A stretch of DNA of 54,837 nucleotides, the filler included, from Jimgerdemannia flammicorona (lineage: Eukaryota), in the NCBI GenBank assembly GCA_003990765.1. It is 2 parts of 2 records of this genome, joined end to end, with 100 filler letters (N's around TTAATTAATTAA, not from the genome) between each part and the next. Parts side by side here need not be neighbours in the genome. Positions count along the whole stretch, not along the records: positions 27,479 to 54,837 come from RBNJ01000635.1; 1 more part is not named here. The stretch is one strand, 5' to 3'. The position numbers and the translations under genes are program-made. A model generated the notes under the pieces. That model was not told the DNA's origin. It made no database searches and saw nothing but the letters and a program-made list of their open reading frames with translations. Shown in pieces: positions 36,416-51,300 of this stretch. The number at the start of each line of letters is the position of its first letter. Position 1 is the first letter of the stretch.

Positions 36416-37478
36416 ATAGTTAAATCGCTTAGCTATACTACTCTGCTATAGTATATATAGTACTATTGTCTAATGATATATACTATATTTACTCAGAAAC
36501 TACTTAAATATACTATTAATATATTTGTATCTATTATCTAAGTATATAGTATATATTCTATATTCTGTTCATTCTCTATAATTATTCTAAACTTTTTGAA
36601 TTTCTCTAAGACTTTACTCTTTACTAATAAAAAGTACACATATGCTTTACCTATAAAGTCATTAATAAATATGATAAAATATCTCTTCTCTTTATAGAAA
36701 ATAGTATATATTGGGCCATATATATCTATATATATAGATTAAATTAAGTATACTAAATATATATATTTGTCTATTCTTTGAATAAATATCAGTTTTTATA
36801 TAATTCTCACAGAAGTTCTCAGAATATATTACTAGGAATCTACTCATTGAACTATTTCTAATTATTCTTTTCAAACTTGATTTGTCTATATATCTTAAGT
36901 ATTAATACTATATATTGGATATATTAGATATAATTATCATATATGTGGCAACTTTCATACTACTTAGTATATTATTGATTATATAAAGATTGCCTCACTT
37001 TGATACTATTATAATCTGCTTAATATTCTTCAAACTATATATCATTACTCTCTTTGGATATATATTTATTTCTTTATTACTATGGATCATCATTTTGCTA
37101 ATTGAAAAGAGATTCTTACCTATCTTTAAAGTATATAGTATATTCTGAAATATACTGATAGGCTCTATAATATTCTCATAGATATATATATATATCAACA
37201 TTTTCTTCTTGTTGAGTATATGATATTATTATCACCTAACTTAATTAGAATTAGATACTTGACAGACTTTTATATAGAGAACTATTTCTGATAAACTATT
37301 ATATATTATATAGTATCTGAATCTATTAGTTATATATTATTATTATTAGCTATATTGATATATACTTTACTTATATTATTACTTTTTGCTAGCTTAAAAG
37401 TATGTGGCTTAGATATAGATATAGATAATATCTTCTCCAAATACTTTACTTTTGGCCTCTACTCTGGTTATTATCAGT

Positions 37479-38100
37479 TAGTACTCTGAATGAGCTGATT
37501 TAGATCAGATTCAAATCAGATTCAAGTTGATCTGAATCAGCTTAGATGGAAAATGAGCTGATCTGAATCAATTCAAAATAAATATTATTTTAGTTTTCAA
37601 ATTAGATAATTAAATGTTTATATTAATAATTTAATATATAATTATCTAATTTTAAAGATCATAGTGTTATTTGAAAACTCTTAATAAGGCCTTTCTATTA
37701 ATACTAAGAATATTGAAATCAGATTGTATATTGCTGAGCTATTAAGAAAAACATTCTTTTGAAAAAATTTCCAAAATTAGTGAGTCAAACAATTTCCAAA
37801 ATCAGTAAGTCAGATATTTTTCTTGATAACTCAGCAATATATGATCCAATTTCAATATTCTTAGTATCATTAGAAAGGCCATATTAAGGGCTTTAAAATG
37901 ATATCATAATTATCAAAATTAGATAATTATACATCAAGTTATTGATATAGATATTTAATTATCTAATTTTGGAAATCAAAATAATGTTCAATTTATATCA
38001 ATCTGGATCAGCTTGTTTTCCATCTGAGTTGATCTGGATGGAATTCAATCCAAATAAATCTGAATTCAATTTAGATTGAATTGACTCATTTGGAGGACTA
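37479..38100. mobile_element. Palindromic hAT-type MITE, copy 2 (opposite orientation)
   Basis: TAGTAC...GGACTA termini, 8-bp TSD TTATCAGT/TTGTCAGT, homologous to 5249-5832. Confidence 0.88.
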
Positions 38101-40292
38101 TTGTCAGTTTTAGCAGTATTTATATTATATTGCTCTTAGCTATTCACTCAATTTTTTCTGCTACTCTCACAATACTATTATTGACATCTATACTTATTTT
38201 TATCATTCTTCTTATCCTTATAATAGTAGTCATTTTGCATATACCTATACTTATTACAGTAATAGCAGTTTTCATTAAACTTAAATTTGTATTTTTGACC
38301 TTATTGGTACTTCTTACCATATCTACTTAATCTGTAAAATACTTTTTTGTCATTATTATTGCCACTATTTCCTTAATGCATTACTTTATTAATAAGGGTT
38401 ATTGTTATATAAATATAAACTACTTTTATATATAGCTATTATTATAATAATATATGTCTTAAAAAGACCTCTTATAAGGGTCAGAACCTTGTCTTCATTG
38501 CTGATATACTCTGCTGATATATTTAGAAAATTTACCTGATTTACTAGATCATTAGTATGATTGACATATTATAAATAATCTCCTTAAGTTTTATTTATAG
38601 ATTGAATAACTGAGATTTTAGATGAAATTGATATGATAGGAATACTTATATATAATAATTATATAAAGTCTCTTATATATTGTATACTGTTATATAATAT
38701 ATTATAAGTTTTATTTACTAGTTTGATAATATAAATATAATATCTTATAATACTTGACAATTGTTTATAGTATTATAATCTTGAATCTATACTTGTAGTT
38801 TTATATATTCTATCAAGCTACACTCTTCTAAGAAATTGTATTGAGATTGATCTCTTGGCTATATTTATGCTTATTATAGAAACTATGACTATTGTACTCA
38901 TTCTGAGAGTATTTGTACCTATAGTGACTAGTATACTTATGCTGCCTCTCTGATTTATCTGCACTGATATTTAGTATAGAGTAATATATAGTCCTAAAGA
39001 GATATTTTATATTAGCTACTAAGTAGGGCTCATAACTTTTATTATAACTAAGTTGGAAATATATAGGATAAGAAGAAGAAGAAGTATTGTATATTTATTC
39101 TAGATAGTATATATATATTTATATATTAAGTAATATGGATCAAAAGAATAATATAATTCTAATAATCATATATGTATCTAAGCTATATTATCAAAATATC
39201 AAAATAATTGAAATTTCAATATATTATATATTAGTAAAAAGATATTTCTCACATATGTATATATTATGATATATGATATGAAATAGAAACAGAAAATAGA
39301 CAATTGATCATGGTACCTAAATTTGATTTTCTGATTTATTATAGTATAAAAATTATTAAACATTATCAGTGAAACTGTTGTTACTTTTATAACTTCAGAT
39401 AGAATTTCACATATGATTCTACCTAAGATATGAATGGAATTCTACTTGGCATTTTATATGAAATAACTTGTCACTTAGCCTCATATTTAGTAGTAGAATT
39501 AGCATACAAATCAGTATAAATAACTCAATATTTTAAAGTAAGTAAACCTCAGTCAGTTCAGCTCAGTCAAAAAAAGTCTTCTTTATATATCCTTCCCCCT
39601 CTCTTCATATGAAATTCAGAATCCTACCAACTTACCAAAATCTATATCTACATGTACTACATTACTGTTTTTCAAATTTTTATTATTATTAAATTTATTA
39701 ATTTAAGTTACTATAGATTACTTAATAAGTATTAATATCAGTTATAATTATTATTAAAAAAAAATTTATTATAGTTTTAATTATTATTACTAAATATATA
39801 AGTTTATATTAAAATATTTAAGATTAGTATAATTATTATATAAGATTATATAGATTATATTATTTTAATTAAATTATTAATTATTTTAACTCTTCCATAT
39901 TATTATATCTTTAATATATATATATATATTTATTTCTATATATTATTATCCTATTTATAATAATAAATTTTCTTTAAATTAAAAATATATATAATATAAT
40001 ATAATATATAATATTATTAACTTTTAACTTAATAGAGATAAAATTTTTAAATTTTTACATTATATTAATTAATATAAATTAAGAACTACAATTTGGAGAT
40101 AGATATTTAATTGTGATACTTAAATCTAATTTCTGATATAGTATATTATTATAGTTAGTAGTTATCTGATCTTACAGTTATATAATTTATATAATTATAT
40201 AAAAAGTACAACTATATAAACTTATAATTATATAGTATAATAAGCCAGCAGAAAAACATACCAAGTTATTATCAAAATTAGTTACTATATAC

Positions 40293-41500
40293 TTTTTTTT
40301 TATTTTGTTTTACAGACTCAGAGTTCTGCAGATTTTTATTAGAAGAGAACCTAGACTATATAGGCCAAAACCATCCCCTACCACCCATCAAACACTGCCC
40401 TCCCATTAACCTAGGCTAGCTATTATCTAGTAGCTCAACCATGCCAGGCACAGCAGGGCCTATAGTGGCCCATACCTCATTCTATATACCATACTCTCCC
40501 TACCATCAGGGGGAACTCAGCTATATACTAATGACTGAAAGTGTATGCCTGAAACCCCAATGTATGTATAAGGCTATGTCTGAGCCAAATAGAATAGCTC
40601 CTGCCACTCCAAGAAGAATGACAGATAAAGAAAAAACTCTCAACAAAGTACATCACAGTGGGTAGGGCCTAGTTCTTCCAGATAAGATAAGTAGAGGACT
40701 TACATATAAGGTGGGAGAAGATCTCCAATACCTCATTACTCAAGCCTGCAGGCCTTGATCACATTGCTATATCAGCTCTCAGTCCTAGTTAAGTACAGCC
40801 AAGACATCTGAAATGAGTAGCCTCAGGCCCCCCAATCCCTCCAATGACTGGGGCCTAACTCTATATATTGCCAAAAGAAGCTGAGAGTAATACCTACCAC
40901 TTAACCACTCTATACCAATCAAAAGGCCCTACTGTAGCAGGATCTGCCCCAGCCCTGATGACTGTCCTCAATCTGATATCTGACTGGTCTATCATAATTG
41001 CCCTTCTTCCTATCTGTGATGGCCATCTCTTCTCTCATCCCAATAATATCTGAAAAACAGTTACCTATGCCAAAACCATGCTTGCTAGGAAGCTTGCTAA
41101 AGCCAGATGGTCTCACCACAGGTACTGAGAACCTGCAGATAACCTATACTGGACACTTGATGCCCAAGGTCAGCCAATTCTCTATATAATCTGTGATGCA
41201 CTGAGACAATACCTTGTTAGTGATGACAAAAGGAAGAAAGTGCCACACCAAAATGGGTACACTCTAGATACAGCTGAAGACACCAGAAACTGTGAAAAAG
41301 TAGAGAAGACATCAATCTGATACTGATAAAAGGGCAACTCATCATCAATACCCTCCTCTCAGCAGGCACAACAAACTAACCTGAGGTAGAGGGGGCAATA
41401 ATAAGAGAAAGGAGACTTGGAAGGTTGTCTACCAAACCTTGTGACTGATAAGGTAGCAGAGAAAGAAGCTATTACCATATACTATATCAAGAGTATTAGG
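40293..41500 (-). mobile_element. Probable 3' fragment of a second L1-like LINE family
   Basis: T-tract at 40293-40310; minus-strand CLGC...EIFSHLIC...IW motif at ~40680-40810; left-to-right extent uncertain. Confidence 0.45.
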
Positions 41501-42268
41501 TAACTAGAACTACCTTACTGCACTAACTTATATAAATAACTCAGATAGCTAAAGTAGGAAATATTATAGGACATTGAGGGTCTTCTTGGATATTAAAGAT
41601 TTCTTCAAGACATTGAATGTCTTCTTGAAATATTAAAGGTCTCACCTCTTATAAATAGTAATTTATAGTTAGCCACATAGCAATCAGATAGTAATCTTAT
41701 AAAATACCCCAGAGATAAGAGTGAATAAACCTCAGTTCAAAAAGTCAAAGAAAGCAAAAAGCTTCCTTTTTCACTCTAGTTCACTTTCTGATATAAGAGA
41801 AGAGTCTAAAAAGTTCAAAAGCAAAAAACAAGTCTGCCTACTATACTTTGAGAGATATGTCTACCAAGAGCCACTTAATCCAAGAAAAGAATTGTAATAC
41901 TTAGAAGAAACACTCACTATATAGCCACTATTAGAGATTGTGAGCTTACTTTCTACTTTGATCTACTTTTTGATACAAAGTCTGAGTTTGTCACCAAGTT
42001 TGAGAGAAGAACTTCACTGCTATTTTTATGAGAAGTCTATTATATTTTGGTCCACTTACCAGATAAGCCTGAAGTCTCTCTTATCATAAAGCTAGTTTAC
42101 TAGACACAACTTTACAGTAAACTTATTTATATAAATGAAGCCAGTCTTTAATATAACTTTGTCAAGAGAAGAATCCATACTATTTGAGTTATTTTTCAGA
42201 AAAATCCACTATAAGAATCTTACCACAAAGCCAGTCTATCTGATGTAACTTCATAGTAAAGCTAGTTA

Positions 42269-43082
42269 TTTTTTTTTTTTTTTTTTTTATAGTCACTCAG
42301 ACTTTGCCATTTATTACTAATCTCCTTGTTTTGTTATTACCAGTCTATATATAATTTTACATTATCTCCTCCCATTATCTAATCTCTATAGAGGAGCTCC
42401 CCCCTCCACCACACCTTTTCATACTTGAAAATCACTCTATCTCCTATAATCCCAACTCTCTCTCTACTCTGTTCACATATCTTTTCCACCAAATGATGTT
42501 GCTGATCACCCTGTGGTCTCCACCCAAGCCACCAGCCCACCAGAGTATCCTCTATCAGACCTTCTCATCACAACAGCCATATTCCTAAGCCCAGACATCT
42601 CTCATCCTCAAAAATATACAGCCAATGTCCTGCTAGCCCTACCCATACAGCCAGCACTCATCCTAAAGTAAGCTATTCCCTCTCAACCCCTCCCACCAAT
42701 CTATCTCACAGATCCTCTCACCGACCCCTCACACTATTGTCTCTCTACACTACACTCAATCTCTTTCCAACTACTATTCAGAAGTTACTGAGCACCTCAC
42801 ACTCTCCTAGCCAATGTTCAGGCATCTGTACAAAAACCCCTTTCTGTCTAACATTATAGCACTCCTCACAGTCAAAGGTTCCCCCTTCCACTAGGTGGCC
42901 AGAGTGAAAGTTGAGTATAACTTTTCTTCTAAATATGTACTATTAACTACCTCCACTTGCCCACCACTCTATCTACAAATATGTATCTTCCATCAGATAG
43001 TGGTAATACCTACCCTGGGGACCCCATCCAACCCACCACCCTATCAGTATATCTTCTATCAACCCCTCTTATCTTAATAATA
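42269..43082 (-). mobile_element. 5'-truncated L1-like LINE insertion
   Basis: 20-nt T-tract, ~12-bp TSD TAAAGCTAGTTA/TAGAGCTGGTCA, FDCEECYNV...QMPEHWLGECEVL conserved with 27630-27983. Confidence 0.8.
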
Positions 43083-46000
43083 TAGAGCTGGTCATTAATA
43101 TAACTCTATATAAACAAAGTCAGTCTTTGATATAACTTTGCCAAGAATCTATATTATCTGAGTTATCTGAATTAATCTATCAAATTGAGTTATTTGCCAA
43201 ATTATATAAGAAAGCCTACCAAGATCATTATGTTAGAAATTATATACTTTTGAAGATCATCATACTATAGAAATTATTATATTATATAGAGACCATTATG
43301 TAGAAATTATATAAGAAATCCACTTATACTATATAGAGATCACTATTACTCAAGAAGAAGACTACCAAATTATTATCTCAAAAGGAAATACTCATACTAT
43401 ATACAAATTACCACCATACCTAAGAACTGTCTCAATAAGGAAATCAATATACAAATCAACTACCATATTTAGATTTAATAATTATACCACTAAATATCAA
43501 TAAGGATATTAGGAATCTTAGAACATTTTGTTGCTTTTTAACAAAGTAACTGAGGGCTTAAGCCAAACTACATCAATTCCCAATCTTATAATTTATCTCT
43601 ATTGAGTCAGTATATTATATTTGGAGGCTTAACTGGGAAGATTTCAAAATCAATGTAACTTTTTAGCTCATAAGAACCAATAGTCAAACTAGATATATTT
43701 GATACAATACCAATAACTGCCACTATAGAAGAACCAGTCATCACTAGCATTTAAACAAAAAGAAAAGTAATTACTTTAAGACTTACTAACTATGGATCCC
43801 AATCAGAAGCCAGTATAGAACAGATTTACCACTAGATCAATCAGATTAACCAGACAATATAGGCAGTTCTGCCAGAATCTTTGACAAGCTTGTATAATAA
43901 TTAGAAGACCTCATTATACAAGCCTAATTTTCTACAGAAGTCTCACTAATCTCATCTATTGAATCTCTATCACCAGCTATTACAGAATAAGAAGAATAAA
44001 ATATAGCTCCTTTAAGAATACCCAGACTAATTATATCTCACCCAAGATCTATAACAATATCCTCAGAATACCCAAGTATTGTGAACTCTAGCAACAATTC
44101 AGAAAGTAAATCAGAATCAGAATCAGAATCTGAATTAGAGCCAGAATTAGAACTAAAAGACAGTGAAAATAAAATGGCCACCCTAATACCAATCTTTACA
44201 AGATATCTAGAAGAAGATCCAAGAGAATTCCTTGATAGAATTGAAGGAATTATTGTCTTAAAGAACCTCTCTACCAAAAGAAAAATCACTATTTACAAGG
44301 CCCAACTCAGAGAACCAGCCAGAGGAATTTTCAGCTAAGCAAGAAATGATATATACTCAGACCTTGGAGCAGCTATTTATGCAGCAGAAATCTGGGAAGC
44401 AGAGTATGAAGCTATGACCTACTGGCTTATTGAGAAGTATACAGAAAATGAGATCTGACATAAGACCCAAGAATCTATCATAGGAATGAAGATGAATCTT
44501 AGAGAATTATCTAGGACATTCTTCATAAGAATTTAAAAGAGAATATATATAGTTAGATTCAATACCACCAACCAAGACATTATAGGCCTAATGATCTTTA
44601 TAAATGAGATTCTCCTGAACATTGCTCAGCATATCTATACTCTAGGCATCAGATGGCCCAAGGAGGAAGTAGATATAACTTAGAGATTTTTTAATATCAG
44701 ACAAGAAACTATCTAGAGTGATTATGATAAAAAGGATGATAAGAAGGATCTCTTGATCAAAATACTACAAGAACTCCTCCAAGAGCAAAAAAGACACAAA
44801 GAAAGAAAGCCAGCCAAAGAATAGAAGAAAGATAGAAATAAAATCCAAGACCTCAGTTTTAAGTTAAACTAATTAGTTGAGCAGATTGAAAAACTCACTA
44901 CATATGAAAATCAGAGCTATCTACAAGATAACAGAGAGTATGCTCCACAAAAGAACTGAGGTTATCTATCTAGAGATAACAGGAGTTATTAGCTAGAAGA
45001 AAGAAGATATCCTGTCTAGGAAAGAGCTCAAGTTCAATGTTTTTACTGCAGACAGTTCAGACACTATGTTATCAAATATAACAATAAAAGAAGTGACTAA
45101 AGGGACTCAGAACTATTAAATTGAAAGAATGAAATCCAGTAAGAAGACTGAAGCCCATCCTGTCAAAGACTTTGAAGAAGAAAGCAACAGTGAAGACTAT
45201 AGTAACCTAGACTTATATCTAGTTAAGATCATCATTAGAAATACAGTCTACTTAGCAGAGAAAAGGAAGAGACTAGTAGAAAGACTATCTAGGAATATCA
45301 GCAGAAGAATCATTCAAGAAGAAGATAAAGAACATGAAGAAGAGCAAGTAGAAACATCTCACTGGTCTCTCTCATCTTTTGTTTCTGAGACAAATAAACT
45401 ACTCTCAGAAGATGAAGAAATGGAGCAAGAAGAATAAGAGCCTGCTGCTCTAAAGTCCAAGAAGAAGTATATCCTGAAGATTATACCTAGAGACATCTAT
45501 AATGAAGCCTTACAAAAGATTCAAGAAGTCAAGATAGAAGTCCCTCTCCTACAGTTCCTACAACTGATACCTGCTGGAGTCTGAAATAAATTATTGAGAA
45601 CTACCAGATCTAGTACTGGCTGAGTTTTAATTCTATAATAAGAATCAGCTCCAACCACTATTCAGGCTATAGAAAGACATATTAGCACCTATCTATATAG
45701 AGATATTGGAGGACAAAAGGCAATTTTTTTTTATTGATATAGGAGTAGCTATCTATATAATTGTTAAATATTTTCTAGACATACTTCAATAGCTCATTGA
45801 TGGGCTATCCAATCTCAGTATCATAGTAGCAGATGGAGCCCAAACTCAATTCATTGAAGAAGTATAAAATATCACAATCTCTCTGAGATATATTTAGTTT
45901 TCCATCTCAAAGACTGTTTTCACTGAAGCTATTATCTATGATATGATACTTAGCACCTGGATGAAGGAAATGAATACAGTTGTTGATATTAGCCAACAAG

Positions 46001-47324
46001 TACTCAAATACAATTAATGAGAAAAGAAGTATAGAGTTAAGATGATCAGCTATAAATAGTCAAAGAAAAAGAAGAAGTTTACTATTTAGAAAAAATATAC
46101 CAGTAGTGAAGAATCTACCACAGAAGAGAAAGAAGAATCTGAAGATGGAAATGACCCCAGACTCAATCCCTGAATCAACCTAGTAGATGACAGGCCAGAA
46201 GACAATGTGTGGACTAAGAATACTATCTCTATTAAAATCAGAGCCATTGTAGGACAAATCAAAGGATGCCCCATCTGTCTCAAAAGATATAAGTACTCTG
46301 AGCACTTCTCTAAGATTATTAGAACAAGGAATTTGTCTGACATAGCATACTCCAAGCACAGAAAAAGAAAGAAGAAATATAATTATACTTCAGGAACACC
46401 CATAACCAAAGCTATAGAGGTATAAGCAATTTGGAATCAAGAAACATCTGAGGAAGAAAAAACCTTTAAATAAGAGATTCCTGAACAAGAGCTCTCTATC
46501 ATATTCTCTGAAATGATCCTTGCTAGACACTATCAGAAGATGGTGACCATTGGAATACTGAAGAAGAACTCAGTATAGTTACTGTTATTTCAAAACAAGA
46601 AACACACCAGAAAAAAACCTTTTGGCTAGAAAGATATTAGTACCAAAAGATCTTCCACTCTCTCTGAGACTACTGCTATCAGTGCCACCTATTGGATCAA
46701 TAAAAAAGACAGAGACCCCATAGACCAGAAGCTCTAATTATAATTACACAGACAACTATCTTCTAAGAAACCACTATAATATTAAAAAGCTGAGCTAGAG
46801 GATAAGACCTCTTCACCTGAATAGAAGTCTACCCCTTGGCAACCCTTCTCCCAATCTATGACTAGGATGGATACTGATTCTCTAGACAACAAGTGATCAA
46901 TAATCAAGAATAGTATTTTTGAGTAATAGAATACTATAATTATAGAAAATACCCAGACTGCTAGGATTGCTAACATTAGAAGATTTACCTCAGCCAAGAT
47001 GTTATCATTTACATACAAAGAGAGAAGACAACAGAACTCAGATTCAAAAAAGCCAGACCAAGAAACCTAAAAGAAAAGTTCTTAAGATCTATGATCTAGA
47101 AGAAGACATCTTAATCCTCATCAAACATACAACCTGCCAAGAATAAGTAGAGGATGCTACCAACTTCATGAAAGCCCTAGACTCTATAGAAAAAAAAGGA
47201 ATTAACTATCTCTAAGATCCCTTTACTGGAGCCAGATAGCTGTATCTCAATCTTGGAGTCTGGAGGCTTACTGCCAATAGAGCTTCATTCCAAGGATAAC
47301 CTAAACTTAGTAAAGATATTACTC

Positions 47325-47565
47325 AGTATATCTTATTATATCCCAAGGCCAAACCTCTAACCAAAGCTCATCAAGATAATATAGGGTATAATCTCTATAG
47401 TCTGGAGGATGAATCTATTAAGTCTAGAAGAACAGTGGTGTTTAGAACAGAACTAGCCATACAGCCATCCAAAGGAACTTATATCTAGCTGACCTTAAGT
47501 TTCAGACTTGCCAGATAATGAATAACTATAGAAGGGAGAACTATAGACAATCTTTGTATAGTGTA
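47325..47565 (+). pseudogene. Partial dUTPase of element E (downstream of protease)
   Basis: PKAKPLTKAHQDNIGYNLYS...TELAIQPSKGTY...RLA...EGRTID. Confidence 0.7.
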
Positions 47566-47569
47566 ATAA

Positions 47570-48330
47570 TCTCTAAAAGTATATGATTTCTGCATAATAG
47601 TCTTAGCATTCTTTCTTATTTGAATATAGTAATGACTCAGATAATTAATTTGGCAGATAACTTGATTTGATAGATAATTTAGATAGCTCAGTTTTGGTAT
47701 AAATTCTCCTGAATCAGCAAACTTCTTAAATAACTCAGATAACTTGATAACTCAGATGATATAGATTCTTGGCAAAGTTATATCAGAGACTGGCTTTGTT
47801 TGTACAAAGGTACATCAAAAGAGACTGGCTTCATCATGAAATTGTGTCAAGTTAGACTGGCTTTATATTAGAATACAGATAGACTCTCTGGGAAATAACT
47901 CAGATAGTATAGATTCTTCCTAAACTAGTCGACTTCTTGAAAATAGCAGATGTCTTAGGTAAAGTTATATCAAAGATTGGCTTCATTTATATGAAGTTAC
48001 ATCAAAATAGACTGGCTTTGTAGCAAGAGGACTTCTCAAATTCTTCAGGCTTATCTGGCAAGCAAACCAAAATATGGTAGACTTCTCAAAAGATAGCTTA
48101 TTCCTTAAGTAGTAGATTTTACTTCAAAGCTTTATATCAGAAAGTAGACCAGAGTGGAAAGGGAAGCTGTTGCTTTAGATTTAATTTTGGATTCTTCTTT
48201 GTATCAGAAAGTGAACTGAAGTTCAAATATATTCTGAATTTCAGACTGAGATTTATTCACTCTTATCTCTGGGATATTTTATACAAGTTGGTTATCATTT
48301 TGGTTACTATCTGGGTAATTATAGAATACA
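47570..48330 (-). repeat. Inverted LTR/leader fragment related to element E
   Basis: Blocks are reverse-complementary to ~41690-42260 and ~43100-43200, e.g. AGAGATAAGAGTGAATAAA. Confidence 0.7.
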
Positions 48331-48343
48331 CAGCATAGCTAAA

Positions 48344-51300
48344 TATAGTATATGACATCTTCTGTATCCTCAGCTTTGAGGTACATATCACTCTCAGAAC
48401 AAATTTGGAAATAATCTGTCAGATCACAAAGCTGAGTCAACCTGAAGTTACAGATTATAAAGATAAGTCAACTCAAAGTCATGGAATATAAGATTTATAA
48501 AAATAGAACCTTACCAATTAGAACTGAAAGTATATATACTGAATATATAGCATATCAAAACAAAGAACTATAATAAACCAAAACTAATAACTATAACTCT
48601 CAAACATATACCTAGACATAATTACTGAAGTCAACAACTACATCTGTACTGATATTTGGAATACCATTATCAACTGAGTCATGGCTTCCCTGCCTCTCAT
48701 AAATATCCATAGCCTAGCATCCCTCTATTTCATAGAAGCTTAATGGAATGCTCTGAATATACTTAGTGAGATCCACTGAATTAGACAAATCTCAAGCTAC
48801 TATCAGATTAGTTACCTTCTAGAAGATATAGTTAACCATCACTATGATATAGATATTACCAAAATATCTCAATACCAGAAACTCATCACCTGTAAATACT
48901 GAGAACTCTTTTATAAGTATAGCATCTTTATTCTGTCTCTGAGTTACTACTACTAAAATAGTTACTATTCTGACCTATGGCCAAATTGATGGCATAGTGT
49001 AAGAACTCAATTACAAATATATTAAGTATGTCTAAATTATGGACAGATCCTTCCTACATCCAGATAATCATATCCTATAAATGCCTCAAGTTGGATATAC
49101 CATAAAGGACATCTACAATATAATCTAGTTTAATAATGACAAAGTAGAAGATAATGATCTCTTCCATATTAATATGATTTATAGCTGAGGATCTCTGCTA
49201 ATACTGATCACTCTGCTAACCTTGCTGATGAACTTACAATAGTTCATAACTACATATGAGACCTATTGAGATAATGATCACTAATATGAGTATCAATCTA
49301 CATTCATATCTAACTATTTCAACTATAATGAAGAGACTAGAGAATACAATCTATATCTCTAGACAACTCTTGAGATAGAACCAACAACCCTACCTCCTAA
49401 GTATGAGTGAAATGAAGAATAGCCACTAGTCTACTATAACTCTGCAATATATAGTTCTGTAATCTACTAAAGGTATACTGATAGTAAATCTGATGAAAGC
49501 AAAGACAATGTATCTCTTTTCTACCCACTAATACCATACTTAGAATATGAGACAGATGATGTCATCTTATGGAATAGTGATATATTTCCAACATATTACT
49601 ATCTGAATGAACAAGAAGATGTAATCCAAGAACCACTCTTCTTAGAAAACTACTTCATCAGAGATAATATATATCATTGATAGTGACCTCATTAATAAAT
49701 ATCCAGATAGCCTATTACAGTATAAATACCCCCTTCTCCAGATCTCAGAAACTCAGACCTAAAGACACAAACATGTCAAGAACACTTCCCCACACAATTA
49801 TTCCTTTACACACTACTCCTAGTATTAGCCAATAACAATATCATAAATAGCAAATAAATCTATTTAATAACCCACATATTACTCTTAAATAAATCTAAAC
49901 TATGTTAGGTCTCACTCCTAACCAGATCTCAAAATTTCCTAATTTGGTATTGTCTACAGCAATACACTAATTCAAATAAGCTGGTTTTAGTTTCTTAAAC
50001 TTTCTAAAATATAAAAAATCCTAAATATCTAGAACGAGTTTAGAAAAGAACTTTGGTTGAGTTATTAACTCAATCTTAAAATCAATAAGCATAGAAGATA
50101 TACTCCATATAAAATTGATATTGACTTATGAAAAATGTCCTCCAGAATATCCAGAACTTTCTAAAAAAAAACATTCCAGAACTACATAACTGTACTCTAA
50201 CAAAGTACTCTTTTAAAACTTAGTAGCAGTAATTTATAATCCAATTCTGCTTCAAGATACTTTCTCACTCAGTCACAACCCTCAACAGAAATTCCTACAA
50301 GTTGATATTAAGCCCAACTACTGAACTGAAATTTATTCTGAACTATCTGATAATCTAGAGCAAATTGAACCTAATGTATAAGGACAATTAGACCTCAATA
50401 CCTACAATAAGTGAGACAAGCTTCACATATATAATGAAATACTCCAACTAAATCAGCAGATAGATAAAACCTTATTTACTGAGCTCTTTGCTCTATACCC
50501 TGCAAGTCAAGATGAAGAAAATCTTATAGAAGTCTTCTTTACTCTTCTCAATAAGAGTTTTATAAGCTCTATAAATCTGAGCAATCTAGGACAACTAGCA
50601 GCTATCTTCTTAGCCTTAGTTCTTCATAAAGTATAAGCCTCTATAGCTAAGTAGCTCAACTCTACTGAATATCATTGCACTAGGACCAAAACTGCCCAAT
50701 ACTATCATTTTCAAAATTGCAAAGCCTGCCATATTCTTAAAGAAGAAGCCAGAGAAACTCTTTACCAACAACTGGACCTTGAGCCAGAAGCAGGCCCAGC
50801 TATAATCTTATCTGAACCTGAAGTAGAACCAGAACTAGCTTTTGATTTAAGCCCATCTAAATTCTGATATATAATAAATACTATCTACTTTGATACTGAA
50901 CAAACCCAGCTACATAAAGATCAAAGTAAAGAAAAGAAGGAGTATCTTACTAAATTTAATCTTATATATACTACTGAAAGAGATATACCTTCCTCAGGAC
51001 AAAATACACCTATAGAACAATAGATAGTCATCTATCAAGCCCTTACACTAAACCCATAACAGTTACTCCAACAACTCATACAGACTCAAAGAATATTATC
51101 ATACTCTGCACTAGTATCTCAAGTCATGCCAGTAACCTCAATACTAGTAGTTCTACTGCCTCCAGTAAACAATATAAATCTTAGACCTTATGGCTCAGAT
51201 AGCCATAATGATAGCAACTATTACTGCTCTAGCCAAACAGATCTGATCAATAAAGAGCCTGAGCCTATCTACCTTTAATAGTACTATATAAGAAGTTCAA

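Larger units (their letters stand above)
34330..39100 (-). mobile_element. Highly mutated Ty1/Copia relic, interrupted by a solo LTR and a MITE
   Basis: Minus-strand LIDSDTI (DSGAT-like protease, ~37320), NILYTLKIGKNLFSISK, GNLY, then pre-integrase and integrase-like patterns at ~36450-36900. Boundaries approximate. Confidence 0.6.
41550..47565 (+). mobile_element. Truncated Ty3/Gypsy-like element E (LTR/leader, gag, protease, spacer, dUTPase)
   Basis: gag EDPREFLDRIE (~44210), CFYC..FRHY (~45040), protease IDIGVAI (~45735), dUTPase relic at the end. Confidence 0.7.

Noticed and set aside
39600..40290. Extremely AT-rich tract as a centromere or origin
   Set aside because: No specific motif; more simply the end state of C>T decay.
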